DNA from: Nannocystis pusilla
GTDB taxonomy: Bacteria; Myxococcota_A; Polyangia; Nannocystales; Nannocystaceae
Direction of reading: 5' to 3'
DNA: 64,000 nucleotides
NCBI RefSeq assembly: GCF_026626665.1
Contig: NZ_JAPNKE010000002.1
Location: 3,757,168-3,821,167 of the forward strand
Of the stretch, positions 32,006 to 42,706 are shown piece by piece. Within the stretch, counting starts at the first letter, position 1. Each line of letters opens with the position of its first letter. The translations under genes and the position numbers were made by a program. The notes beneath the pieces were generated by a model. That model was given only the letters and a program-made list of their open reading frames with translations. It was not told where the DNA came from and made no database searches.

Positions 32006-34614
32006 TCACGACAACAAATCACTGGCCGCGATCGGTGCGATGACCTGCTCGCGGAACAGCGCATAGCACACGCTGCCCGCCGGCAGCTCGAGGTCGCCGC
32101 GGACCAGCGCCGCGAACACCGGCGGCCCCGCGGCCGCGGGCAACACCGCCGGGCTCGCCCCCTCGCCGGCGCGGATCCGCCGCAAGAACGCCTCCGCCGA
32201 TTCATTGGCCGTACGGACGAACCCGCGCGCCCCGCCCGCCCCGCGCACGATCACCTGCCGACCGCGCGCCGCCGCGTGCAGCAGCGCCAGCTCGTACATC
32301 GAGATCCGCACGCCGCTGGCGAAGTAATCGATCATCTCCGGACAGATCTTCGTGATCGCCCCGTTCGACGTCGCCACGTTGTTCATGGCGAACTGCCCCG
32401 TCGAATAGACGTCGAGCCAGTGCATCGTCGATTCGGCGACGTCGAGCACCAGCGGCATGAACACCCCGTTGTCGCCCTGCAGGTCGAACTTGAGCTCGAC
32501 CTTGCGCGGGTCGAATTGCTTCCCCCCGAGGTCGGCGCGCAGCATCATCCCGGCCCACGCCCGCTCGAGCCGCGAGAACGGCATGCCCGCGTAGTTGTTG
32601 ACGACCATCACCGCGTAGCGGATCCCGCGGGCCCGGGCGCGCTCGCGGTGGACGTCGACGAACTCGGCCGCGCCGTCGGGGAACGGCCCGCTGCGCAGGT
32701 CGCCCGAGCTCTGCGCGATCGGCTGACCGTCGGGCCCGTCGAACCGCAATTGATAATAGGAGCACACACCGAGGTACTCCCACTTTTCATCGTAGAAGGC
32801 GACCGACAGGTCGATGTCGGTGGTGTGGCCGTCCTGCGGCTGGCACCAGTGCAGGAACAGCCGCACCACCTCGCCGGCCGGGAGCGCCACCCGCGAGCCG
32901 CGCGGCAGCGACACCGCGGCGCGGCTGGCCGTGCGCTCGTTGAACGGCACGACGACGTCGCGCAGGCCCTCGTCGAGCACGCAGACGTCGAACCCGGGCT
33001 TGCCTTCCAGCCGGCGCAGCAGCTCGCGCAGGGCCGCCTCGCTCGCCGCCGCGATCGCCCGCGGGGCCAGCGGGGCCCGCCGGTCCGGGGTCGACGTGCC
33101 CTTCGTGACCTGTCCCTTGGGCCAGAACACACGCACCGCCGCCGGCCGCCCGCGGGTCGGCAGGTGGCCGTGCAGCGTCAGCAGCAGCGGGTTCTGCAGC
33201 CGCGGCGCCGCCGCGACGAACGCCGAGATCACCACGTCCTGCGCGCCCGCGTCGGCGCCCGCGACCCGCAGCGCGTGGTCGAAGCGCCGGCCCAGCTCGC
33301 CCGGCCGCGCCCGCAGCCGCTCGATCATCGCCGCCGCGTCGCCGGCCCGCGCCGCCGCCTCGATCGCCGCGTGGAAGCCGACGAACCGCGGCGCCGGCGT
33401 GCCGTCGGGCGCCTTCTTGCGGACCACCGCGAACGCCCGCGCGACGTTGGGGAACCGCTCGGCGAACTCGTGCGGATGGAGGAACTGCCCCAGCCACTGC
33501 CAGTACGAGCGGTGGCGCAGCATGTCCTCGACGAGTCCGTCGGGGTGCATCGACTCGAGGTGGGCCAGCACCGCCCGGCGCAGCGGCCGGCGCAGCGGCG
33601 CCACCTTGAAGCGATACTTGTGGATCGTCAGCGCCACCATCTTGGCCTTCGGCAGCGTGCTCGCGCCGCCGAACACCTGCTTGAGCTTGGCCGCGAACCC
33701 GCCGGCGAGGCTCCCCCGGGCGGCTGCTCGACCCACCGCTTCTCGCTCGTCCCCTGCAGCGACGGGTCGGCGTCGGAGTAGACCGCCAGCGTGCGCAGCA
33801 CGTCGGTCGCGGTCGCCAGGTGGGCCCGCGCCACCGCGAAGGTCGCCGGCGCGTTGCACTTGCGCAGCAGCACGCCGAAGATCCGCGCCACGTTCTCGCG
33901 CACCGCGATCGTGTCCGGCAGCCACGCCAGCACCTGCTCGCCGAACTCGTTCACCAGCGTCCCGAGGTCGCCGGCGTCGATCGGCGACATCACCTGCTTG
34001 CCCGCGCAGAACGACTCGAACAGCGCCCGCGCCGCGGTCGGCAGGTCCTCGCCGAGGTCGAGCAGCTTGAAGCGGACCTTCTCGCGCGGCAGGCTGCGCT
34101 CGAGGAACCGCCCCGGCTTGAAGAACGGCGACTCGCGGTCGACGTGGCGCTCGCACACCGGGCACGCGCTGTAGTTGGCGCCGTCGAAGCAGTGGTCGCA
34201 GACCACGTGCATGCACGGGCTCAGCACGTGGGTCGTGCCGACCCGCCGGCAGAACACGCACGCCTGGCCCTCGGTCTGCAGGAAGTGGCACAGCACCTTG
34301 CGCAGGTACAGCTCCGACGTGTCCTTCGGGACATCCTCCGGGAACTTCCGGAACAGCGGCGTGTAGCGGACGTTGCCGCCGACCTGGGCCGCCAGCGCGG
34401 TCGCCACGGAGCGCGGCTGCAGCGCGAGCTGGTCGGGGGTCAGGGTCGCCAGGCGCTGTCGCAGCCGCCTCGACACCACGTAGCCGAGCTGCGCCAGCTC
34501 GAGCTCGATCGCCTGCAGGTGCCGCTCGCTCGCGGTCGCCCCGCCCGGCGCCACGAACACCAGCCCCTGGCGGCGCAGCAGCACCTCGCGGGTGGCGGTG
34601 TACGTGGCGTCCAT
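32006..34614 (-). CDS. large hypothetical protein with canonical C3HC4 RING-finger motif near N-terminus (frameshift ~33715)
   Basis: CVFC-x11-CMHVVCDHC-x8-CPVC matches C-x2-C-x11-C-x-H-x2-C-x2-C-x8-C-x2-C. The N-terminal 300 aa lie in the frame of ORF 33628..34947 and the remaining ~570 aa in the frame of ORF 32006..34705. The junction is a CCCCCGGG run. Confidence 0.6.
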
Positions 34615-34792
34615 GGCGGCTCGAGAAAAGGTGGAGGTAAGCGTCCGAGCTGTTTTTCTGAAAAGAGTGAGAAGGAAGCCCGGACTGAGCCTCCGCGGCC
34701 AACATAGAGCGGCCGCGACGGCGACGTCAAGCCGCGCGGCCGCTCGCTGCGCGCGTGCACCCTCGCGCGATCTTTTGCTACGAAGGGCGACG

Positions 34793-35470
34793 ATGCTGCG
34801 AAAGCGCGCCCGAACGATCCTCGCCTGGAGCGGCGGCAAGGACTCTGCGTGGGCCGGCGTCGCGCTCGCCCGCGACCCTGCGGTCGAGCTCGTCGGCCTG
34901 CTCACCACCACGCGCGAGGACGACGCGCGGGTCGTCATGCACCGCACCCCGCACGCGGCTTTGCAGGCCCAGGCCGACGCGCTCGGCCTGCCGCTGTGGG
35001 AGGTCGCCCTGCCCGACCCGTGCCCTAACGCGATCTACGAGGCCAGGATGTCCGCAGTGATCGCCCGCGCCCGCGCCGAGCAGGTCGAGGCGATCGCGTT
35101 CGGCGACCTGTTCCTGGCCGACATCCGGGCTTACCGCGAGGACATGCTCCGAGGGACAGGTCTGCGCGCCGTCTTCCCGCTGTGGGGCGAGGACACCGCC
35201 GCGCTCGCGCAGGCGATGATCGCCGGCGGCTTGCGGGCCACCGTGGTCGCCGTCGACCTCGCGCGCCTGTCCGCCGCCTGGCTCGGCCGCAGCTTCGACC
35301 GCGATCTCCTGGCCGCGCTGCCGCCCGACGTCGACCCCTGCGGCGAGCGCGGAGAGTTCCACACCCTCGTCACCGACCTGCCCGGCTTCGCCCGCCCGCT
35401 CGCGCTCCGCCCCGGCGCCGTGTTCGAACGCGACGGCCACGCCTACCTCGACGTCCAGCTCGACGCCTAG
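34793..35470 (+). CDS. PP-loop ATP pyrophosphatase, Dph6/MJ0570-related family
   Basis: ILAWSGGKDSAWAG is a PP-loop SGGxDS motif. Length 225 aa. Confidence 0.8.
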   Translation: MLRKRARTILAWSGGKDSAWAGVALARDPAVELVGLLTTTREDDARVVMHRTPHAALQAQADALGLPLWEVALPDPCPNAIYEARMSAVIARARAEQVEAIAFGDLFLADIRAYREDMLRGTGLRAVFPLWGEDTAALAQAMIAGGLRATVVAVDLARLSAAWLGRSFDRDLLAALPPDVDPCGERGEFHTLVTDLPGFARPLALRPGAVFERDGHAYLDVQLDA

Positions 35471-35471
35471 G

Positions 35472-35498
35472 CCACATGTCCTCCTGGACATGTCCCGA
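35472..35498. repeat. GGACATGTCC motif x2 (CCACATGTCCTCCTGGACATGTCCC) between convergent genes
   Basis: Read directly from the sequence. Confidence 0.8.
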
Positions 35499-35613
35499 GT
35501 ATCACCCCACCGCGCGCGCCCTCACGGCGTCACGCTCACGCACCTGTCGGGTCGGGACACCCCACCACCGCCTCGACCTGTCCCGCAGGACACGTCGCGG
35601 TCCCGCCCGGCGC

Positions 35614-36297
35614 TCACGCCATCGCCTTGGTCGGCGACTTGGCGAGGATCCAGCTGGCCAGCCAGCTCTCGTGCCCGGGCGCGATCGCGGCGACCGTCTC
35701 GGGGCGCACGCCGAGCCGCCGGCGCGCCTCCGCCAGCGGGACGGTCAGCAGGTCCTCGAGCCGCGCCTCGAGCATCGGCTCGGCCTCCTTCGCCATGCGC
35801 AGGCCGACGCGCACGTTGTGCCACACCCCGGGCACGTGCAGCGGCATCAGCAGCGAGTAGATCACGGTGCTCGACCACAGCATCGCCCGTGACGCGCCGA
35901 AGCCCTGGCCGATCATGAACGCGAACACCCCGATCTCGCCGGCCGGCGTGGTCGGGAAGCCGGTCAGCACGTGGACCAGGTCGTGCGTGGTCGTGTAGCG
36001 CAGCGCCAGCGGGTTTTGGGCCAGGCGCTGCTTCATGTCGTCGCTGATCACCAGCGGCTCGAGCTTGTTGCGATCGAGCTGGTGGGCGAACGCGCGGCCG
36101 ACGGTGCCCTCGGGCAGCGCCCGCAGCTCGGCCAGGTCGACCTCGAGGCAGGGCGTCGGCAGCGTGTGCAGGCGGTCGTTGCCGGTGTGCTCCGGCCCCG
36201 CCAAAACGGAGAACTTCAGCGCCGCGATGTCGCCGATCGAGCGGCCCTCGCGCTGCATGCGGCTGAGCTCGCGGATGTCACTCCACTTCATCTTCAT
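35614..36297 (-). CDS. Coq4-family protein (HDxxH-x11-E zinc motif)
   Basis: HDLVHVLTGFPTTPAGE matches the Coq4 signature. The start MKMKWSD is the first ATG with good downstream GC3. Confidence 0.6.
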   Translation of the reverse strand: MKMKWSDIRELSRMQREGRSIGDIAALKFSVLAGPEHTGNDRLHTLPTPCLEVDLAELRALPEGTVGRAFAHQLDRNKLEPLVISDDMKQRLAQNPLALRYTTTHDLVHVLTGFPTTPAGEIGVFAFMIGQGFGASRAMLWSSTVIYSLLMPLHVPGVWHNVRVGLRMAKEAEPMLEARLEDLLTVPLAEARRRLGVRPETVAAIAPGHESWLASWILAKSPTKAMA

Positions 36298-36479
36298 GTC
36301 TCCTGGGGCCCGCGCGGGCGTCGGAGCGGGCGCGCGTTTTCGCGCCGACATCGGCTCCAAACGGTCTCCCCGGCGGGCTCCAGAACAATATTGACTAACT
36401 GACCGACTAAGTCAAACTGGTCAGCACATGAATTTCGAGACCCTCGCCGAGATGCGCGCTCTCCTCGCGGAGGCGGTGG

Positions 36480-37100
36480 GTGACGTCGACCCGGAGCAGC
36501 AAGGGCAAGAAGCGGCTGAAGATCCTCGAGGCCGCGATCGGGCTGTTCGTCGCGCACGGCTACCGCAAGACCAGCATCGACGACATCGCGCGCGCCGCCG
36601 GCATCGCCAAGGGCACCGTCTACCTCTACTTCGCGACCAAGCTCGACGTCCTCTACGTGGCCTGCGCCTACGAGAAGCTGCGGCTGTTCGCCGTGCTCGA
36701 CGGCATCGAGGCCCCCACCCTCGACGCGCGCGATCGCCTGCGCCAGTGGGTGCGCGCCTCGATCCTCATGGTCGCCGCCTCGCCGCTGCTCACCCGCGCG
36801 TCCGCCGGCGACCCCGACATGCTGGCCGCCCTGATCGAGGCCATGCCCGAGCGCGTCGGCGCGGCCATGGCCGACGCCAACAGCTTCATCGGTCACCTGC
36901 TCGACGCCGCCGTCGCGCCGGCGCAGTGGACCGATGACGAGCGCCACGCCCGCGCCATCGTCCTGCAGGCGCTGACGCGCTTCGCCCCGCTGGTCGGCGA
37001 CGACCCGCTGCGCCAGGGCCTGAGCATCGAGCAGTTCGCCGAGACCCTCGCCGACGTGTTCGTCGACGGCATGCGCGTCCCCGATCGCGCGCGCGCCTGA
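36480..37100 (+). CDS. TetR/AcrR-family transcriptional regulator
   Basis: KRLKILEAAIGLFVAHGYRKTSIDDIARAAGIAKGTVYLYF is a TetR N-terminal HTH. GTG start. Confidence 0.85.
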   Translation: MTSTRSSKGKKRLKILEAAIGLFVAHGYRKTSIDDIARAAGIAKGTVYLYFATKLDVLYVACAYEKLRLFAVLDGIEAPTLDARDRLRQWVRASILMVAASPLLTRASAGDPDMLAALIEAMPERVGAAMADANSFIGHLLDAAVAPAQWTDDERHARAIVLQALTRFAPLVGDDPLRQGLSIEQFAETLADVFVDGMRVPDRARA

Positions 37101-37200
37101 GGCGCGAGCGCGACGCGCCGGCGCCCGCGCTCGCATCTGTCCTTCGAGACAGCCCCGGCCGTCGCCTGGCCTGTCTCTCGGGACATCTGCCGCGGCGCGC

Positions 37201-37845
37201 CTACGCGCGCACCGCCGCCAGCTCGAGCAGCACCGGCTGGCCGCGGCGGCGGGCCAGCTTGGCGCTGGCCGACGGGTCCGCGTACCAGTCGGTCGCCGAC
37301 ACCAGCGTCCACGCCGCGCCCATCGCCGCCTGGAGCTCCGCCGAGTCGTGAAGGTAGCTCGGCAGGTACAGGTCTTCGCCCTCGTGGGCGAAGTGGGCGC
37401 GGCCGCCGTCGGCCCGCCAGCGCGGGTGGATCTCGAAGATGTGCAGCCAGCCGCCGGGCCGCACCGCTCGCGCCGCCGCGGCCAGCAGCGGCGCCACGTC
37501 CTCCGCGTGCTCGAGCACCAGGCTCAGCAGCGCGCCGTCGAATTCGGCCAGCTCCAGCGCCTCGGCGGCGTCGCTGCGGACGAAGCGGGCCCGCGGATCG
37601 GGCACGTTGCGGGCCGCCTGCGCCAGCATCCCCGGCGACACGTCGACGCCGACGTACTCCGAAAACCCGCGCGCCAGCAGGAACGGCGCGTTGCGGCCCG
37701 TCCCGCACCCCAGCTCGAGCACGCGCCGCCCCTCCGGGTGCCAGCGCCGCATCGCCACTGCCGTCATCGCCACCAGCGGGTTGTCGATGCGGTCGTACGT
37801 GGACGCCCACAGATCATAGCCTTGAACGACGTCGGTGGTCCTCAT
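37201..37845 (-). CDS. class I SAM-dependent methyltransferase
   Basis: VLELGCGTGRN (motif I), ...FDGALLSLVLEH..., and PGGWLHIFE are present. Confidence 0.85.
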   Translation of the reverse strand: MRTTDVVQGYDLWASTYDRIDNPLVAMTAVAMRRWHPEGRRVLELGCGTGRNAPFLLARGFSEYVGVDVSPGMLAQAARNVPDPRARFVRSDAAEALELAEFDGALLSLVLEHAEDVAPLLAAAARAVRPGGWLHIFEIHPRWRADGGRAHFAHEGEDLYLPSYLHDSAELQAAMGAAWTLVSATDWYADPSASAKLARRRGQPVLLELAAVRA

Positions 37846-38127
37846 GTGTCCTCCCTCGGGGTTACCCGGTCGCGTCGCGCGATTGGGGGCACTTTGCGTC
37901 CGCCAGACGTGCTCGCGGTATAGTCAATCCGCGCCGCCCTCGCAACGCGCCGCAGCGAACGGTCGCCCGTCCGCCCGTGCGCCGCGTCACGCCGCAGCGC
38001 GCGCGAATCGCCGGCCGGCGAGGCATGTCTCTTCGGCCAGCTCATCGGATAGCGCGGCGCCCGTCGGCGCGGGCGCGGCTCGCAACCTGTCCCCGCGGAC
38101 ATCCGCGAGCCGCGCCCGGCGTCGGCC

Positions 38128-39255
38128 TCACATGGGGATCGGCACCAGGTCGGCCGCGAAGCGGAAGATGAGGTACTGGTGGTCGGGGTTGCCGCCGCCG
38201 CCCGGCCACAGGAACGGGCTCTGCGGCGGCTTCACGTTGGGCGGATCCCAGTTGAACCACATCCACTTCGCCTCCTCCGGCATGTCCATCGGGCACACCA
38301 GCGGGAACTCGTTGCCGGCCATCGGCCCGCCGTTGTACGGCGTCGTGTTGGGCTCGCCGAACGCGACCGCGCCGTACTGCGTGCCGACCTCGTCGACCCA
38401 GCCCACGCTGGTGGTGTTCGGGTCGAGCGCGCCCTGGTTGCACTTGACGATGTGGTCGTTGATGACCTGCAAGGACGGCCCGCCGCTGCCGGGCTGGTAG
38501 TCGACCCCGGTCGCGCACACCTCCCAGCCCTCGGTGCCGGTGAACACGTCCTCGCCGAAGTTGCCGCCGCCGTCCTTGCGGCGGAACCGGGCCAGCACGC
38601 CCTGCGTCGTCGACGAGTCGGCCCAGGCGATGACGTAGAGGAAGCTGGCGTTGTCGGCCTCCTCGTACGGCACCACGTACTTCTCCGGCCCCTCGCCGCA
38701 GTTGAAGATCTGCCCCGCGGTGGTGTTCTCGATCCCGCCCCAGTACATCGAGATGTTGTCGTCGGTGCCGTAGGCGAACCCGTAGGCGTTGTCGGCGGTG
38801 ATCACGATCTCGATGTCGCTGGCCGGCTCCGGCTCCCCGGTCGTGTCCGTGGTCTCGCCCGTCGTCGTCGTCGTCGTCTCGCCCGTCGTCGTCGTCGTCG
38901 TCGCGTCCGTCGTGCTCGTCGTCGTCCCGGGCTCGCTGGTGCTGGTGGTCGTCGTGTCCGAGGTCGTCGTGTCGACGCCCTGCGTCGTCGTCGAAGTCGC
39001 GTCGGTGGTCGTCAGACCGGTGCCCTCGGTGCCGACCGTGCTGGTCCCGCCGGTCGGATCGTCGGTCGACTGCGTCGTCGTCGTCGGGTTCACGTTGCCG
39101 GTCGTCGGATCGGTCGCGGCGCCCGTCATCGTCGACGTCTCGGTCGCCGACCCGCTGCTCGGATCGCCGGAGTCCGGACACCCGCTCGACAGCAGCGACA
39201 TCACGGCGATCGGGAGCGACGATTGAACTACTTTCAAGGAGCAGATTCTCAACAT
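38128..39255 (-). CDS. lipoprotein with long Thr-rich linker
   Basis: MLRICSLKVVQSSLPIAVMSLLSSGCPD, then ~120 aa of T/D/G-rich linker and a C-terminal globular domain. Confidence 0.65.
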   Translation of the reverse strand: MLRICSLKVVQSSLPIAVMSLLSSGCPDSGDPSSGSATETSTMTGAATDPTTGNVNPTTTTQSTDDPTGGTSTVGTEGTGLTTTDATSTTTQGVDTTTSDTTTTSTSEPGTTTSTTDATTTTTTGETTTTTTGETTDTTGEPEPASDIEIVITADNAYGFAYGTDDNISMYWGGIENTTAGQIFNCGEGPEKYVVPYEEADNASFLYVIAWADSSTTQGVLARFRRKDGGGNFGEDVFTGTEGWEVCATGVDYQPGSGGPSLQVINDHIVKCNQGALDPNTTSVGWVDEVGTQYGAVAFGEPNTTPYNGGPMAGNEFPLVCPMDMPEEAKWMWFNWDPPNVKPPQSPFLWPGGGGNPDHQYLIFRFAADLVPIPM

Positions 39256-39600
39256 GACGCCACGATACCCGAAAGGGCGCACGCCGGCGCCCGCTCCTCG
39301 TCGCTCGCGCCCGCGTCGCGCGGTCACGATCGCGCCGGCCGGCGCGAACACCTCCGATTCGCCCTGATTCGGGCGTCCCCCGGCTCCGCGGTCCGCCTGG
39401 CCGAAGGACGCTCGCGGGGACATCCACGGGTCTGCCGACGCGAAGACGAAGGCGCCGGTCGCCTGGCCGCGAAAAGCGCGAGGGACCGATTCGCAGTAGT
39501 GCGAATCGGTCCGACGCGCCACCTTGCGGTCAGGCCGCCAGGCCGCGGCTCGGGCGGCCGTCGCAGCGCGCGCGACCGCGGTCACGCGCGCCGTCGCGGG

Positions 39601-40858
39601 TCACATCCCGCCGCCGGCCGCTTGCATGAGCTGCTCCACCTCGGAGTAGCGGACCACGCCGGCCACGGTCGTGTCCTTCTTCGCCATCGGCCGCCACACG
39701 AAGTCGGGGTGGCGGCGCTTCGACTTGCCGACCCACTCGCCGCCGATGACGCGGCCGACGCCATCGAGTTCGACGATGTAGTCGTAGACCTCGGTGAACG
39801 TGAAGGTCGCCACGTTGTCGACCAGCTGCTGGTTATAGCCGGGGCCCGCCTCGTTGATCCAGTACACCTCGGTGCGGACGCGCCGCAGCTCGACGGCGTT
39901 CGGGTTGAAGCGGTACTGCGAGCCGCCGCTGCTGATCATGTCGTTCGCGGTCGCGCCCGAGACCTGCTCGTTGCGCGTCACCTTGTAGCCGACCACCGGG
40001 TGGTTCCAGACCTCGCGGTCGTAGGTGCGGTCGAACACGAACGACTCGCCGCGGAGCCCGAGCATGTTGGTCAGCGCCACGTGGAAGCTGCCGGCGTTGG
40101 TGTCCTGGCACGCCTGGCTCTTGATGCTGCCCGACGAGTTGCAGCGCAGCGACATGAAGCGGACCGACAGGCCCTCGGTGTACGCCAGGCTGATGAGCGC
40201 CTTGAGGTCGGAGATCTCGAACCGCACCCCGTTGAAGGTGACGCCCTGCTTGGGCTCGCGCTCCATGATGGCCGCCGGCGCCCACGCGTGGCAGATGCCC
40301 ATCCACGTCTCGATGCAGCGCCCGCGCGACTCGCCGCGCCGGCGGCCGCACGCGGCCGCCCACGTTGGAGCAGTCGGAGTCGTACCTGCACGCCTTGGTG
40401 CCGCCGATGCTGCCGACGCCGAAGCGGTTGGAGATGACCGTCCCGACCCCCTTGCGGCCGAACGCGGCCCCGTACTTCTCGGCCGGCGAGCGGATCTTCG
40501 AGCCCGCCCAGCGGTAGTTGATCGAGTCGTTGTAGGTCGGCCAGTAGTAGCCGGGCCACGGCACGCGCTTGGCCCAGCCCGAGGCCGGCAGCTCGTCGAG
40601 CTCGAAGTTGAAGTCCTTGCTGAGGAGGCGGGGGTCGTCCGCCTTCGTCCAACCCTCGCGGTAGAGCAACGCCTCCTCCTGCTCCTCGGAGAGCGCCGGC
40701 TCGTCTTCCTCGGCGGCGGCGAGCTCGTCGGTCGCGTCGACCGGCTCGTCACAGGCGGACAGCCCCGAGCAGAGCATGCCGAGCGCCAGCGCGGCGCGGA
40801 AGGTGAGACGGCCCGCGAGACGGCTCGCGGAGGATGAGGATGGAATCGTGAATGACAT
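39601..40858 (-). CDS. lipoprotein with distant papain-like (C1-like) cysteine peptidase signatures (frameshift ~40360)
   Basis: Lipobox MLCSGLSAC. After the frameshift (GGCGGCC GCG run) the sequence reads ...GICHAWAPAA (Cys-Trp-Ala like the papain nucleophile motif), NHPVVGYKV (His motif) and YWINEAG. Confidence 0.45.
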
Positions 40859-41440
40859 GAGACACCTCGAAAATGGTCTGACCGATTCGCACGTTCTCCG
40901 TCGTCGTCAGCGGCAGGATCGCCGCTGGGTCCTCGGGAGGGACATCGAGGCGGAGCGGTCGTCACGCAGCGTCGAACGACAGCCTCGCATGATTCTCCTC
41001 TCGTCTCGTGGCGAGAGCCCGCCGAAGCGGTCCCCTGCGTGAGCGCGATTCACAGGACCGACGCGTCGATCCGGACAATGACGGCAGTGCGACGGCTTCC
41101 GCGTCGGCTCGCCGAGACGACAGGCGAGGACGGCGGGACATGGGTCGCACGGAGGAGACCGGCGGGGGTTCCATCCCGTCGAGGTCAGCGTGACGGTCGC
41201 CGGTGAAGGTTCGACGAGTCGCGGGGCCCTGCCCTCGCGGGGGTCGTCGCCGAGTCGTCGAAGCGCGCTCGATCTGCCGCTCGAGCGCTGCGCCTGGGCG
41301 CGTGGACTCGGTGAATAAGTCCGAGGTGCGGCGGCGAGGCGAGCCTCGCCGCTCGCAGCGGAGCGCTCGAGGGACCTCGAGCGCTCCGCTTCAGGCGGGG
41401 CCGGCGGGCGCGATCGTCCTGCCGGTCCGCCGTGGTCGGC

Positions 41441-42706
41441 TCACTTGCCGACGTTCTTGCCGACGCCCTTGCCGACGCCCTTGCCGACGCCCTGCGTCAC
41501 GAGCATCGCGCACTCCGAGCCGACCACGTACACCAGCTCCTGCTCGAACTGGCCCGGGGTGACCGGCGTGGGCTCCTTGCCGAAGCCCTGATCGAAGCCC
41601 GGCTTGCCCCAGCGCTTGCCGAACCCCGGCTTGCCGATGGTCTGGTCCTTGCCGAAGCCCTGGCCGTAGTCCTTGCCGAAGTGCTGGTCGACGTCCTTGC
41701 CGAAGCCCTGGTCGACGTCCTTGCCGAAGCCCTGCTGGTGCTCCTTGCCGAAGCCCTGCTGGTGCTCCTTGCCGAAGCCCTGGTCGTAGTCCTTGCCGAA
41801 GCCCTGCTGGCCGTAGCCCTGCTGGCCGTAGCCCTGCTGATTACCCCAGCGCTTGGTGAAGCCCGGCTTGCCGATCGTCTGGTCGAGCTCCTGCAGGATC
41901 TCCTGCTCGAGATCCTGGTCGATGTTCTTGCCGACGTGCTTGCCGATCGTCTGATCGAGCTCCTGCTCGATGTCCTGCAGCAGGTCCTGCTCGAGGTCCT
42001 GGCCGATGTTCTGGTCGAGGTCCTGCACGAGCTCCTGCACGAGCTCCTGCTCGACCGTCTTGCCGATGTTCTGCTCGAGGCCCTGCTCGAGCTGCTGCAT
42101 GATGTCCTGCTCCAGCTCCTGCTCGAGCTTGCCGACGTTCTTGCCGATGTTCTTGCCGACGTCCTTGCCGATGGTCTGGTCGAGCTCCTGCAGCAGCTCC
42201 TCCTCGACCTTGCCGACCTCCTTGCCGATGCCCTGGCCCATGTCGCCCTTGCCGAAGCCCTGGCCCATGTCGCCCTTGCCGAAGCCCTGGCCGAGGTCCA
42301 CGCCCTGACCGGTCGGTTTGCCCGGCATCACGCCCTGATCGGGATAGACGTGCTTGCCGATGTCTTTGCCGATGCCCTGGCCGACATCCTGGCCGATGCC
42401 CTGATTGCCGCCCCAGCGGTCACAGATCGCCACGCCGGCGTCGGAGCACGCGCTGCGGCAGCGGTTGGCGTCGCCGGAGTCCGCGGCCACGTCGCACGCG
42501 GCGAGGCACTCCTCGGCGTCGAGGATCGTGCACGAACGGTTCTGCGTCAGCTGCTCCACCTCGGCCAGGCAGGTCTCGAGCTCGAGCAGTTCGTTCTGAC
42601 CGTAGCCCTGTTGGCTACCTCCCCATCGAGCTTCGTCCGACGCCGTCGCGGTGACGGGCATCGAGAACGCGAGCGCGGGGAACAACACAAGAATGGTACG
42701 CAACAT
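41441..42706 (-). CDS. secreted Gly/Gln/Lys/Asp-rich repeat protein (GrrA/OscA-like candidate RiPP precursor)
   Basis: Signal peptide MLRTILVLFPALAFSMPVTATA, then an N-terminal Cys-rich segment. After that come >300 aa of short repeats: QGFGKD/E ~8 times, QGFGKG twice, QGYGQQ twice, RWGNQ, RWGKP, HFGKD, IGKNVGK/IGKDVGK and acidic ELxQ spacers. GC3 is high throughout. Confidence 0.7.
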   Translation of the reverse strand: MLRTILVLFPALAFSMPVTATASDEARWGGSQQGYGQNELLELETCLAEVEQLTQNRSCTILDAEECLAACDVAADSGDANRCRSACSDAGVAICDRWGGNQGIGQDVGQGIGKDIGKHVYPDQGVMPGKPTGQGVDLGQGFGKGDMGQGFGKGDMGQGIGKEVGKVEEELLQELDQTIGKDVGKNIGKNVGKLEQELEQDIMQQLEQGLEQNIGKTVEQELVQELVQDLDQNIGQDLEQDLLQDIEQELDQTIGKHVGKNIDQDLEQEILQELDQTIGKPGFTKRWGNQQGYGQQGYGQQGFGKDYDQGFGKEHQQGFGKEHQQGFGKDVDQGFGKDVDQHFGKDYGQGFGKDQTIGKPGFGKRWGKPGFDQGFGKEPTPVTPGQFEQELVYVVGSECAMLVTQGVGKGVGKGVGKNVGK

